Assembly: GCA_029249345.1 (NCBI GenBank)
Contig: JAQWHM010000015.1
Coordinates: 73,036 to 137,035, forward strand
Origin: Rhodothermales bacterium
Lineage (GTDB): Bacteria > Bacteroidota > Rhodothermia > Rhodothermales > UBA10348
DNA: 64,000 nucleotides
Direction of reading: 5' to 3'
Shown in pieces: positions 49,671-58,210 of the stretch. A program made the position numbers and the translations under genes. Below the pieces are notes generated by a model that was given only the letters and a program-made list of their open reading frames with translations, made no database searches and was not told where the DNA came from. Each line of letters begins with the position of its first letter. The stretch's first letter is position 1.

Positions 49671-50013
49671 CGAATTAATAATCTATGATCTAGTTGTAGG
49701 AGAAGGCGCAGAAGCTGTCTCTGGGAAGAACATCGAAGTACATTATACTGGTTGGTTGTTCGACGTTAACGCCGAAGATAACAAGGGTACCAAGTTCGAT
49801 AGTTCAGTCGATCGTGGTCAGACCTTTTCCTTTCCTCTTGGTGGCGGTAGAGTCATTCAGGGATGGGATCAAGGCTTTGCTGGAATGAAGATCGGTGGCA
49901 TGAGAAGATTGACCATTCCCCCGGAAATGGGATATGGTGCATATGGTGCCGGCGGGGTAATTGGCCCAAATGCTACGCTTATTTTTGACGTAGAGCTGAT
50001 TGGCGTTGGATAA
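49663..50013 (+). CDS. FKBP-type peptidyl-prolyl isomerase (single domain)
   Basis: ATG at 49663 (MSNELIIYDLVVGEG...) overlaps the upstream stop by 8 nt (ATGAGTAA). Full FKBP motif set. Confidence 0.9.
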   Translation: MSNELIIYDLVVGEGAEAVSGKNIEVHYTGWLFDVNAEDNKGTKFDSSVDRGQTFSFPLGGGRVIQGWDQGFAGMKIGGMRRLTIPPEMGYGAYGAGGVIGPNATLIFDVELIGVG

Positions 50014-50035
50014 GCTATACGGTAGTAAGAAAAAA

Positions 50036-50063
50036 GGGGCGGGTGGCTATTGCCACCCGCCCC
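50036..50063. terminator. GC-rich perfect hairpin, bidirectional intrinsic terminator
   Basis: GGGGCGGGTGGC, loop tatt, GCCACCCGCCCC, flanked by AAAAA upstream and TTTTCTTTT downstream. It sits between convergent genes. Confidence 0.85.
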
Positions 50064-50087
50064 TTTTCTTTTGAAGGTCCTTTTAGG

Positions 50088-51209
50088 CTATTTTTTCGGA
50101 AGCCAATTGTCCGGAAGGATATCCGCCAGTCGGAAAAAGGTCCAATAGCCCATCGTTTGAATCGCAGGGGATGCAGAAGGCAAGTCTACACCTGTTGAAG
50201 GATCGAAAAACGCCTGATAGTTGGGCAAAGTAATCCAGCTATTGTTTATGGTCATTTTCATGACCTCTGAAAGCTCAGAAATGGGCCAGTATCGGTCTAT
50301 ATATCGCTCCCATCGGGGGTCTCCACCATTGCCGAAATAAATCACGCGAACCCACCCGCCGAAATCCATTCGTTTTGCATCTCCAGGTTTACCGTCTAGT
50401 ATGAGGGGCTGCGGAGTATTGTAAATCCCTTTCAATCCAGCTTCCAGAATGGGTGAATGATCTGAGGTCCCACCTGGGCCTTCCACGAAAAATGCGGCAT
50501 ATTCCTCTTTCTTGACGCGGTCATCAGCTAGTGATTTGTAGAAGTGTCTAGGTGATCCTTCAAAAGCCTTTTTCCTGTTCTTTCCCCAAGTTTTCGTGTC
50601 TTTAGATTTCTTCGGAGTGAGTTCGGTAAAGAGAGCATATCCCGACCATCCGTACCCAACTTGATTGCCGCCAAGAGAGAAGTCGTAAATCTTTATGGCA
50701 TATCCCAACGATGGATTAATAAACTCAAAGGGCGCATTTGAGGTTACCGAAATAATATTGTTGGTGTCACTGTGAAAAATATTTAACACCTCTGGATTCA
50801 CCACTTCGATGTCCCCTGAATTCTTAGTCCATGAGAAGGCTGTCGAGGTAAAGAAATCCATCAAGTCCTCTTCGCTGAGGGTAGAAGTACCCTGGGCAAG
50901 TTCGGGAGCGCTGTCCATTTGAATTCGGAGACCGTCTGTTTCTCCAACAGTAAAAACGCCAACGCCTAACAATCCGTTTTCCGTTGCGGCTACGACTTCA
51001 AACGTCGTGTGGGGTGGGGTATCAATGGAAAACCCCCCTTCGGCATCCGTAAATCCAGTAATCGTCGTATTCGATACAAACACGGTGGCATTTGCAACCG
51101 CTGTTCCGTCTGCGTCATATACTGTTCCAGTAACTTGTTGGGAAAGGACTGGAGTTGCTAGAAGCAGAAAAAGGGAAAGACAGGAAAGTAGCCGAGAAAA
51201 GGTAGGCAT
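50088..51209 (-). CDS. Secreted protein with N-terminal carboxypeptidase-regulatory-like domain; function unknown
   Basis: 373 aa. Signal peptide, then VTGTVYDADGTAVANATVFVSNTTITGFTDAEGGFSI. Confidence 0.75.
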   Translation of the reverse strand: MPTFSRLLSCLSLFLLLATPVLSQQVTGTVYDADGTAVANATVFVSNTTITGFTDAEGGFSIDTPPHTTFEVVAATENGLLGVGVFTVGETDGLRIQMDSAPELAQGTSTLSEEDLMDFFTSTAFSWTKNSGDIEVVNPEVLNIFHSDTNNIISVTSNAPFEFINPSLGYAIKIYDFSLGGNQVGYGWSGYALFTELTPKKSKDTKTWGKNRKKAFEGSPRHFYKSLADDRVKKEEYAAFFVEGPGGTSDHSPILEAGLKGIYNTPQPLILDGKPGDAKRMDFGGWVRVIYFGNGGDPRWERYIDRYWPISELSEVMKMTINNSWITLPNYQAFFDPSTGVDLPSASPAIQTMGYWTFFRLADILPDNWLPKK

Positions 51210-51343
51210 CGGATCGAGAGTTTGAATTGCAGGTCAGTCTCATGCTATAAATAAAGTCATGAGCCGCCAAGATCGACACAGGCAATTACCGATGCCCTTC
51301 TCCCACATTCCCCACGCTCAGCGTAGTGGATTAAGCCACGTAT

Positions 51344-52042
51344 CTAGGATAATTCCGGATTTAAACTGGTTTGCCCCATGTACAACAGAAGAGCTCGGGT
51401 AAAGAGGATGATACCGAACATTTCCATTCCTTCTTCTACCATGGTCATCATGTTGTACAGAAGCGAATCGCCATCCATGGGATCTCCTACAATCTCCATC
51501 CCAACGGCTCCTCCAACAAAGAGGCCGCCAGCAACGATGAATTGAATTAACGTTTTTCGGGGTAGCGATTTGAGAAATGACAAGAAGTAGATAGCAAAAC
51601 CGAGCGCGATAACCGCTCCCCCGTAGGCCCATGTCGGGTCAGTTACGGAGTTGATCGACTCGTGCATGCCAGCGATTTCATCGATAGACAAAAAGCAAAA
51701 AACACCAAATAACATCATCCATCGGCCTGCCATGGAATCTCCATCTTCTCGCTTCTGACGCGTGATAATCCACAGGAAAAAGGTGGACACAACTAAGTTG
51801 AAGCCTGAAAACCAAGTCGGAAGATTATGCTCCTCGTTCACGTCGAATAGCTGAATCAGGTACCATGGGGCTTCTTCCACCCAGTAGTTGTACACATAGA
51901 ACAGCGTATGAGCACATAGCAGGAAAGTAGCTGTAAATGCGAGAAGGCTGATCAGCTTTTGCTGATTAATCGGAAATCTGTATAAGGTATTGAGAGGCAT
52001 GCCGGAAGTATCGGCAAATAACTGCTCAAATAAAAGATTCAC
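51344..52042 (-). CDS. Hypothetical polytopic membrane protein
   Basis: 232 aa with about 6 TM helices. GTG start in the track (ATG alternative 14 codons in). No family recognised. Confidence 0.6.
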   Translation of the reverse strand: MNLLFEQLFADTSGMPLNTLYRFPINQQKLISLLAFTATFLLCAHTLFYVYNYWVEEAPWYLIQLFDVNEEHNLPTWFSGFNLVVSTFFLWIITRQKREDGDSMAGRWMMLFGVFCFLSIDEIAGMHESINSVTDPTWAYGGAVIALGFAIYFLSFLKSLPRKTLIQFIVAGGLFVGGAVGMEIVGDPMDGDSLLYNMMTMVEEGMEMFGIILFTRALLLYMGQTSLNPELS

Positions 52043-52249
52043 TCTCTAGCTCGGGACATTTTTTAACGTAATGAATGCAAGTTTTAAGGGCTTACATGAC
52101 GTGGATTAGTTGATCAGATAAACAGTCGGTAGAACCGCTAATCAAGAGAGGGTTTCATTTTTGAAAAGGCAATCTTCTTGTTGGTGGCGTGACTCAGGTT
52201 TTGCTATTAGATTGTGAGCTTATGTTTCACTTTCTGGCCCACCAATTCG

Positions 52250-55200
52250 ATGACGCGCATATTTACCGTCCTCGCCGTTCTGGCGCTTTTTGTTTTTGAT
52301 TCCCAAGCTCAGTCTATCAATCCTTCTCTATACGAGGGATTGGACTATCGCCTGGTAGGCCCTTATCGCGGTGGTCGATCTGCCGCGGTCACTGGAGTTC
52401 CGGGAAAGCCATTACTCTACTATATGGGCACGACGGGCGGAGGAGTATGGAGAACCAAGGATGGAGGCCAGTCCTGGTCTAACCTTTCGGACGGCTATTT
52501 CGGTGGTTCGATAGGAGCCGTTGCTGTTTCCGAGTGGGATAACAACGTCATTTATGTTGGTGGTGGCGAAAAGACAATCCGTGGTAACGTATCTCACGGA
52601 TATGGTATGTGGAAGTCTACAGATGCCGGAAAAACATGGAAATCCATTGGTTTAGGTGATTCTAGGCACATCTCCCGCATTCGGATTCACCCAAGGAATT
52701 CAGACCTTGTTTATGCATCCGTGATGGGACATCTAGCCGGTCCAAATGAAGAACGCGGTGTGTATCGCTCAAAAGACGGAGGAGATACATGGGAGAATAT
52801 CCTTTATGTAAGTGATGAAGCAGGAGCCATGGATCTTGTAATGGATCCATCCAATCCCCGCGTTCTATATGCGTCTATGTGGGAGTTTTATCGTTCGCCC
52901 TACGAAATGTCCTCGGGAGGAGAGAACTCAGGCTTGCACCGATCCACGGATGGTGGTGACACATGGGAGGAGTTAACCAATCAGGACAATGGTTTGCCGG
53001 GTGGCACTATTGGTATTATCGGAGTGGCTATTTCACCGGTCAATGCTGACCGCGTTTGGGCCATCATCGAACACGAAGATGGTGGTGTGTATCGTAGCGA
53101 TAATGGAGGGGAATCTTGGAGACGGATTAACACCGACCGAAATCTGCGACAACGCGCCTGGTACTACACACGGATCTACGCCGGCACGCAGGATGAGGAT
53201 GATGTGTGGGTACTCAATGTTGGGCTATGGCATTCCAAGGACGGTGGTTCAGAGTATGAACGCGTCCGTACTCCTCATGGTGATCATCATGACTTTTGGA
53301 TTGCACCAGAAGACGCAGATCGACTTATTGTGGCTGATGATGGGGGTGGACAAGTCTCGTTTGATGGCGGGGGAAACTGGTCTACCTACATGAACCAACC
53401 AACTGCTCAATTCTACCGTGTTCATACAGACAATAATTTCCCGTATCGCATTTATGGCGGGCAACAGGACAATTCGACTGTTCGAATTCTACATACATCC
53501 ACTGGACGTAGCGAGAGAGATTGGGAGTCTACAGCGGGAGGCGAAAGTGCTTGGTTGGCCTCTCACCCAAATGATCCTGACATCGTATATGGTGGATCCT
53601 ACGGAGGATCATTTAGCGTAGTTAATCACCGAACAGGTCAGAGCCGATCTATCAATGTTTGGCCGGATAATCCGATGGGACACGGTGCAGAGGATTTCAA
53701 ATATCGATTCCAGTGGAATTTCCCCATCATCATTTCTCGCCACAACTCCGATGCCGTGTTGGCCACCAGTCAGCACGTACATCGCTCAACAGATATGGGC
53801 CAGAGTTGGGATTTGATATCTCCCGATCTTACTCGAAATGACCCAACAACGCTTGGACCTTCCGGCGGACCCATCACGAAGGATAACACGGCCGTCGAAT
53901 ATTATGCCACCATTTTCACCCTAGTTGAAGGGGAAGAGGAAGGCGTTATTTGGACGGGTTCTGATGACGGATTAGTGCACGTAACTAGAGACGGAGGTGC
54001 GACGTGGACGAATGTGACGCCTCCTGAAAAGATTTTCCCCGAATGGATGATGGTAAACGATATGGTCGTGGACCCATTCAATCCTGGAGGGCTCTACATG
54101 GCGGGTACCAAGTATAAATCGGATGATTTTACGCCGTACCTGTACAAAACAGACGATTATGGAGCATCGTGGACTAAGATTACCGACGGGATTCCAGCGG
54201 ATCATTTCACTCGGACGATCCAAGCAGATCCGGAGCGGCAGGGCCTTTTGTACGCCGGTACCGAGACGGGTATGTATATCTCTTTTGATGACGGAGCGTC
54301 ATGGCAGTCCTTCCAGCAGAATCTTCCCATTGTCCCGATAACAGACCTGGAATGGCGGGATAATGACCTTGTCGTTGCTACGCAGGGTAGAGCATTCTGG
54401 ATAATGGAAGATGTGATGCATTTGCATCACGTTTCAGCCGAAGACACTGAAAAGCCCTACACCTTCCATAGTCCGTATGTCGCGACGCTGGGTGCAGAAA
54501 ATTCGGTGCGTCTGAGATATTGGTTTGCTGAGGATCAGGAGAAAGGTGATGTCACGATGCGCATTCTAGAGGAAGATGGGTCTATTATTAGAACCTATGA
54601 TGATGTGGATGCCGAAGCAGGAGTGAACCAGTTCAATTGGAATATGGGTTACGAAGACGCAGAATCCTTCGACGGACTCGTTATGTGGGCTGGATCTGTG
54701 CGAGGACCACAGGCAGTTCCGGGTCGTTATCAGGCTCGCCTGATTGTAGGCGAAGATTCAACAACGGTTGGATTCGAAATTGCTCCTGATCCCAGATCTG
54801 ACACTTCACTTGCCGACCTAGAGGAGAAGTTCGACTTCCTGATTGCGGTCCGAGACAAGCTCTCCGAAACGCACAAAGCAATCAAGCAGATTCGCTCTCT
54901 TCGTAATCAAGTAAATGATGTACTGGATCGTATTCCGGAAGACCATGTCGAGGCTGACACGATCAATGGCTTCGCCCAACACATGTTAGACGGCATGAAA
55001 GAGGTGGAGGAGGCGTTGTATCAGACGAAGAATCGCTCTGGTCAGGATCCACTGAATTTCCCGATTCGACTGAATAACAAATTGGCCGCAGTTGGGGGCG
55101 TTTCTTCTCGTGGTCACTTCCGCCCGACGGATCAGGCATATGCTGTCCGGGATGAACTGGTTGCGCAAATTGACGAATGGCTCACGAAGCTAGCAGATAT

Positions 55201-55276
55201 CACTAGTTTCCAGATGAGCGATTTCGAGGAAATGGTTCAAAATGTGAGGCTTCCAGTGATCAAGTTGGATAGCTAA
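52250..55276 (+). CDS. Sortilin/VPS10-like Asp-box (BNR) double-propeller protein, paralog of 39374-42559
   Basis: ATG at 52250 gives MTRIFTVLAVLALFVFDSQAQ. Many Asp boxes (VWRTKDGGQSW, MWKSTDAGKTW, VYRSKDGGDTW, LHRSTDGGDTW, VYRSDNGGESW, VHVTRDGGATW, MYISFDDGASW). Colinear with the other paralog, including a C-terminal helical region. Confidence 0.88.
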   Translation: MTRIFTVLAVLALFVFDSQAQSINPSLYEGLDYRLVGPYRGGRSAAVTGVPGKPLLYYMGTTGGGVWRTKDGGQSWSNLSDGYFGGSIGAVAVSEWDNNVIYVGGGEKTIRGNVSHGYGMWKSTDAGKTWKSIGLGDSRHISRIRIHPRNSDLVYASVMGHLAGPNEERGVYRSKDGGDTWENILYVSDEAGAMDLVMDPSNPRVLYASMWEFYRSPYEMSSGGENSGLHRSTDGGDTWEELTNQDNGLPGGTIGIIGVAISPVNADRVWAIIEHEDGGVYRSDNGGESWRRINTDRNLRQRAWYYTRIYAGTQDEDDVWVLNVGLWHSKDGGSEYERVRTPHGDHHDFWIAPEDADRLIVADDGGGQVSFDGGGNWSTYMNQPTAQFYRVHTDNNFPYRIYGGQQDNSTVRILHTSTGRSERDWESTAGGESAWLASHPNDPDIVYGGSYGGSFSVVNHRTGQSRSINVWPDNPMGHGAEDFKYRFQWNFPIIISRHNSDAVLATSQHVHRSTDMGQSWDLISPDLTRNDPTTLGPSGGPITKDNTAVEYYATIFTLVEGEEEGVIWTGSDDGLVHVTRDGGATWTNVTPPEKIFPEWMMVNDMVVDPFNPGGLYMAGTKYKSDDFTPYLYKTDDYGASWTKITDGIPADHFTRTIQADPERQGLLYAGTETGMYISFDDGASWQSFQQNLPIVPITDLEWRDNDLVVATQGRAFWIMEDVMHLHHVSAEDTEKPYTFHSPYVATLGAENSVRLRYWFAEDQEKGDVTMRILEEDGSIIRTYDDVDAEAGVNQFNWNMGYEDAESFDGLVMWAGSVRGPQAVPGRYQARLIVGEDSTTVGFEIAPDPRSDTSLADLEEKFDFLIAVRDKLSETHKAIKQIRSLRNQVNDVLDRIPEDHVEADTINGFAQHMLDGMKEVEEALYQTKNRSGQDPLNFPIRLNNKLAAVGGVSSRGHFRPTDQAYAVRDELVAQIDEWLTKLADITSFQMSDFEEMVQNVRLPVIKLDS

Positions 55277-56719
55277 CTATTTTCCAGCATTGACTTCTAC
55301 ATTCGGAAGTGCGTTCTGAAGCGCTTCTAAACCTTCAGGGGTTGCGGCTGTCTGCCATAGGTAGACAGCCGCAATGCTTTTCATGGGCTTGATATGCTCA
55401 AGAGCCTCATCATTCGTCTGCGTGTCATACACGTTGAGGTATTCTAAGAATTCGAGATTGATAAGACCCGATAATCCGGATCCATTTATGCTGGTTCTCG
55501 ACAGGTCCAAGCGGGTCAGATGTTGAAAGCGGCCCATTTGGCTCACCTCTTGGTCGGTGACGTTGCTTCCACTGATATCAATCGAAATGATTTGCTGGGT
55601 CAACGAATCGATAGCAGAACTCCCCAAACAGGCGATATCATCACATTTAATTTCAAGAAAAGGTTCGGACTCAGCTACGTTTTTGACCCATGCGCCGTCA
55701 GCTTCTAACTGAGCTACGAGAAGTGAATCCGGCATGGGTACATCGAGCGCAAAGACGCCCGAGCGAATAGCTCCCAATCCATAAGCCGAAAGGATGGTGC
55801 GAACATTCAAGGACATGTCCATTTCCGCGATCGCTTGGTCGAATGATGCCCCGTTGGCGATCCACCATTTTAGTAGTTCAACATCCGCATGCGAGATGGG
55901 CTTTGCGTTAAAAGGAGGAGGCATTTGATCCTCATGCCCGTCCGGCAATGTAATTCTCTGTATGAGGAGACTTTCATCGGGTTTGCCAGCGACAAGCAGC
56001 GGTTCATCCCCATCATGAGCAGAAATCGCCTCTTCCGAGTGCAGTCGAAGCCTACCCTTGCCGCGATCGGCCCCATGACACGAAGCACACTTTTCATTCA
56101 GAATAGGCAGGACGATGCTCTCAAAAACAGAGACCATGGCGGCATCTGAAAGGTCAAACCGCTCGGACATCGGATCGGGAAAATCGCCGATCACGGCCTG
56201 AACAAATCCCGGAGCATACTCTGAAGAGAACCCATCTCCATGGGTCATTTTTCCTCCAATCTCACCGGCCGCCGTCATGCCAACTAGGATGCAGAACCAG
56301 GAGGCAAAAACTAAGGAGCGCTTTGGCATCTCGACACGGACGTAGAGCAAGATTGCAGCTAGGAGAGTGATAGCCATTCCGATCATTTTATGCAGAAATA
56401 AAACTTCGGTAGGATACCCACCCATCTGACCGAGCCAGAGTCCTGCAGCAACAGATTTGAGCGCGCCCCAAGATGCCAGTATCAGAGCGATATTAATGAT
56501 GTTGTCTCCTTCTTTCAGCCAACCCACTCCCTTTAGAAACTCCAGAACCAGTCCAAAAATGAGGATGCCAATGGGTGCATGCACGAGTGCAGGATGTGCT
56601 CGTGCGAAAAACCGGGCCCAGCCTGGAGTTCGTCCGGTTGGGTCAATCCAGAAAAAGAAAAGGAGTAACAGAACCGATATAGCAATCAGATTCCATCGTG
56701 CAATGCGGGAGGTAATCAT
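55277..56719 (-). CDS. Membrane protein: N-terminal multi-TM (DUF2231-like) + planctomycete-type cytochrome-c domain + leucine-rich repeats
   Basis: 480 aa with about 5 TM helices. CASCHGADRGKGRLRLHSEE (PSCyt-type CxxCH). C-terminal LRR-like LTRLDLSRTSINGSGLSGLINLEFLEYLNVYDTQ. Confidence 0.8.
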   Translation of the reverse strand: MITSRIARWNLIAISVLLLLFFFWIDPTGRTPGWARFFARAHPALVHAPIGILIFGLVLEFLKGVGWLKEGDNIINIALILASWGALKSVAAGLWLGQMGGYPTEVLFLHKMIGMAITLLAAILLYVRVEMPKRSLVFASWFCILVGMTAAGEIGGKMTHGDGFSSEYAPGFVQAVIGDFPDPMSERFDLSDAAMVSVFESIVLPILNEKCASCHGADRGKGRLRLHSEEAISAHDGDEPLLVAGKPDESLLIQRITLPDGHEDQMPPPFNAKPISHADVELLKWWIANGASFDQAIAEMDMSLNVRTILSAYGLGAIRSGVFALDVPMPDSLLVAQLEADGAWVKNVAESEPFLEIKCDDIACLGSSAIDSLTQQIISIDISGSNVTDQEVSQMGRFQHLTRLDLSRTSINGSGLSGLINLEFLEYLNVYDTQTNDEALEHIKPMKSIAAVYLWQTAATPEGLEALQNALPNVEVNAGK

Positions 56720-56731
56720 GTAGCGTTATGG

Positions 56732-58210
56732 TTAGCTCAAAATTTCGTGTATGACCCGACCACCCACATCAGTCAGACGGAAATCACGCCCCTGAAATGG
56801 AAATGTGAGCTTCTTATGGTCAAATCCGAGTTGATTCAAAATAGTAGCCTGAAGATCATGAACATGGGTCTGTCCACTAACGGCTTGGTATCCAATTTCG
56901 TCTGTCTCACCGAAGGTAAAGCCTTTCTTAATACCACCACCGGCCATCCACATGGTGTAAGCATCGCTGTGGTGATCTCGTCCGACAAAGGGATTATCCT
57001 GTCCAGATCGATTCTCAAGCATAGGGGTACGACCAAACTCTCCACCCCAAACAATGAGCGTCTCATCCAAAAGACCGCGGCGTTTAAGATCTAGGATGAG
57101 GGCGGTCATGGCTTGATCTGTTTCTTTGCAGCGATCTACAAATCCATGATTTAAGGCCTCTGACTCACCAGCACCATGCGAGTCCCATCCCCAATGGAAC
57201 AGCTGTACAAAACGCACTCCTCGTTCTACGAGGCGTCGGGCTAGTAAACAATTGTTGGCAAATGAGAGCTCTCCTGGAGCCGTACCGTATTCCTGATGGA
57301 TATAATCGGGTTCAGTAGTGATATCCATAGCCTCGGGCACGGACATCTGCATACGGAAGGCTAGTTCATATTGGGCGATACGCGTCAGGATTTCGGGATC
57401 CTGGGTTTCCTCGTATTGCTGTCGATTGATTTCGTTGATGGCATCAATGCTGGCTCTTCGTAGGTCTCTCGGAACGCCGTCTGGATCGGACAGGAATAAA
57501 ACGGGATCGCCTTGTGATCTACACTGGATTCCTTGATAAACGGAAGGGAGGAATCCGCTGCCATACACTGAGGCCCCAGCACTTGGGGCGGCCGCCCCTG
57601 ATATGAGAACGACAAATCCAGGCAGATTCTGGTTCTCCGACCCGAGACCATACACAGCCCACGAACCCAGGGACGGCCGCCCAAGACGTGGGCTCCCGGT
57701 ATACATGAGCAATTGAGCCGGCGCATGATTGAACTCGTCCGTATGCATGGCCTTCAGAAAGGTGACTTCGTCTGCGACGCTTGAAAAATGCGGCAGATGG
57801 TTAGATATCCAGGCCCCTGAATCTCCATGTTGCTTAAAGCTTGCCTGAGGTCCCAACATTTTGGGGACTCCACGTATGAAAGCGAATCGTTTACCCTCAA
57901 GGAGTGATTCGGGAGTCTGTTGGCCGTCGAGCCGTTCGAGTAATGGTTTGTAATCGAATAACTCCAATTGAGAAGGAGCTCCTGCCATATGCAGGAATAT
58001 TACGTTTTTCGCCTTTGGTGCAAAATGGGGAGGCTTCGGGGCGAGAGGATCATCAATCAAGAAGGGGTGCTGAGGCTGCGCTGCATAGGCGGCTGGACCA
58101 AGCATGGACGATAGGGCCGCTCCTCCAAGTCCTGCTGAGAACGACTTGAGGAAATGCCTGCGAGTTTGCAAATGGGCATATTTGAGTCTGGCTTCGTCTA
58201 GAATATTCAT
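56732..58210 (-). CDS. DUF1501-family protein (sulfatase/alkaline-phosphatase-superfamily-like), Tat-exported
   Basis: 492 aa. Twin-arginine signal TRRHFLKSFSAGLGGAAL. Characteristic WDSHG and GGEFGRTP motifs. Confidence 0.88.
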   Translation of the reverse strand: MNILDEARLKYAHLQTRRHFLKSFSAGLGGAALSSMLGPAAYAAQPQHPFLIDDPLAPKPPHFAPKAKNVIFLHMAGAPSQLELFDYKPLLERLDGQQTPESLLEGKRFAFIRGVPKMLGPQASFKQHGDSGAWISNHLPHFSSVADEVTFLKAMHTDEFNHAPAQLLMYTGSPRLGRPSLGSWAVYGLGSENQNLPGFVVLISGAAAPSAGASVYGSGFLPSVYQGIQCRSQGDPVLFLSDPDGVPRDLRRASIDAINEINRQQYEETQDPEILTRIAQYELAFRMQMSVPEAMDITTEPDYIHQEYGTAPGELSFANNCLLARRLVERGVRFVQLFHWGWDSHGAGESEALNHGFVDRCKETDQAMTALILDLKRRGLLDETLIVWGGEFGRTPMLENRSGQDNPFVGRDHHSDAYTMWMAGGGIKKGFTFGETDEIGYQAVSGQTHVHDLQATILNQLGFDHKKLTFPFQGRDFRLTDVGGRVIHEILS

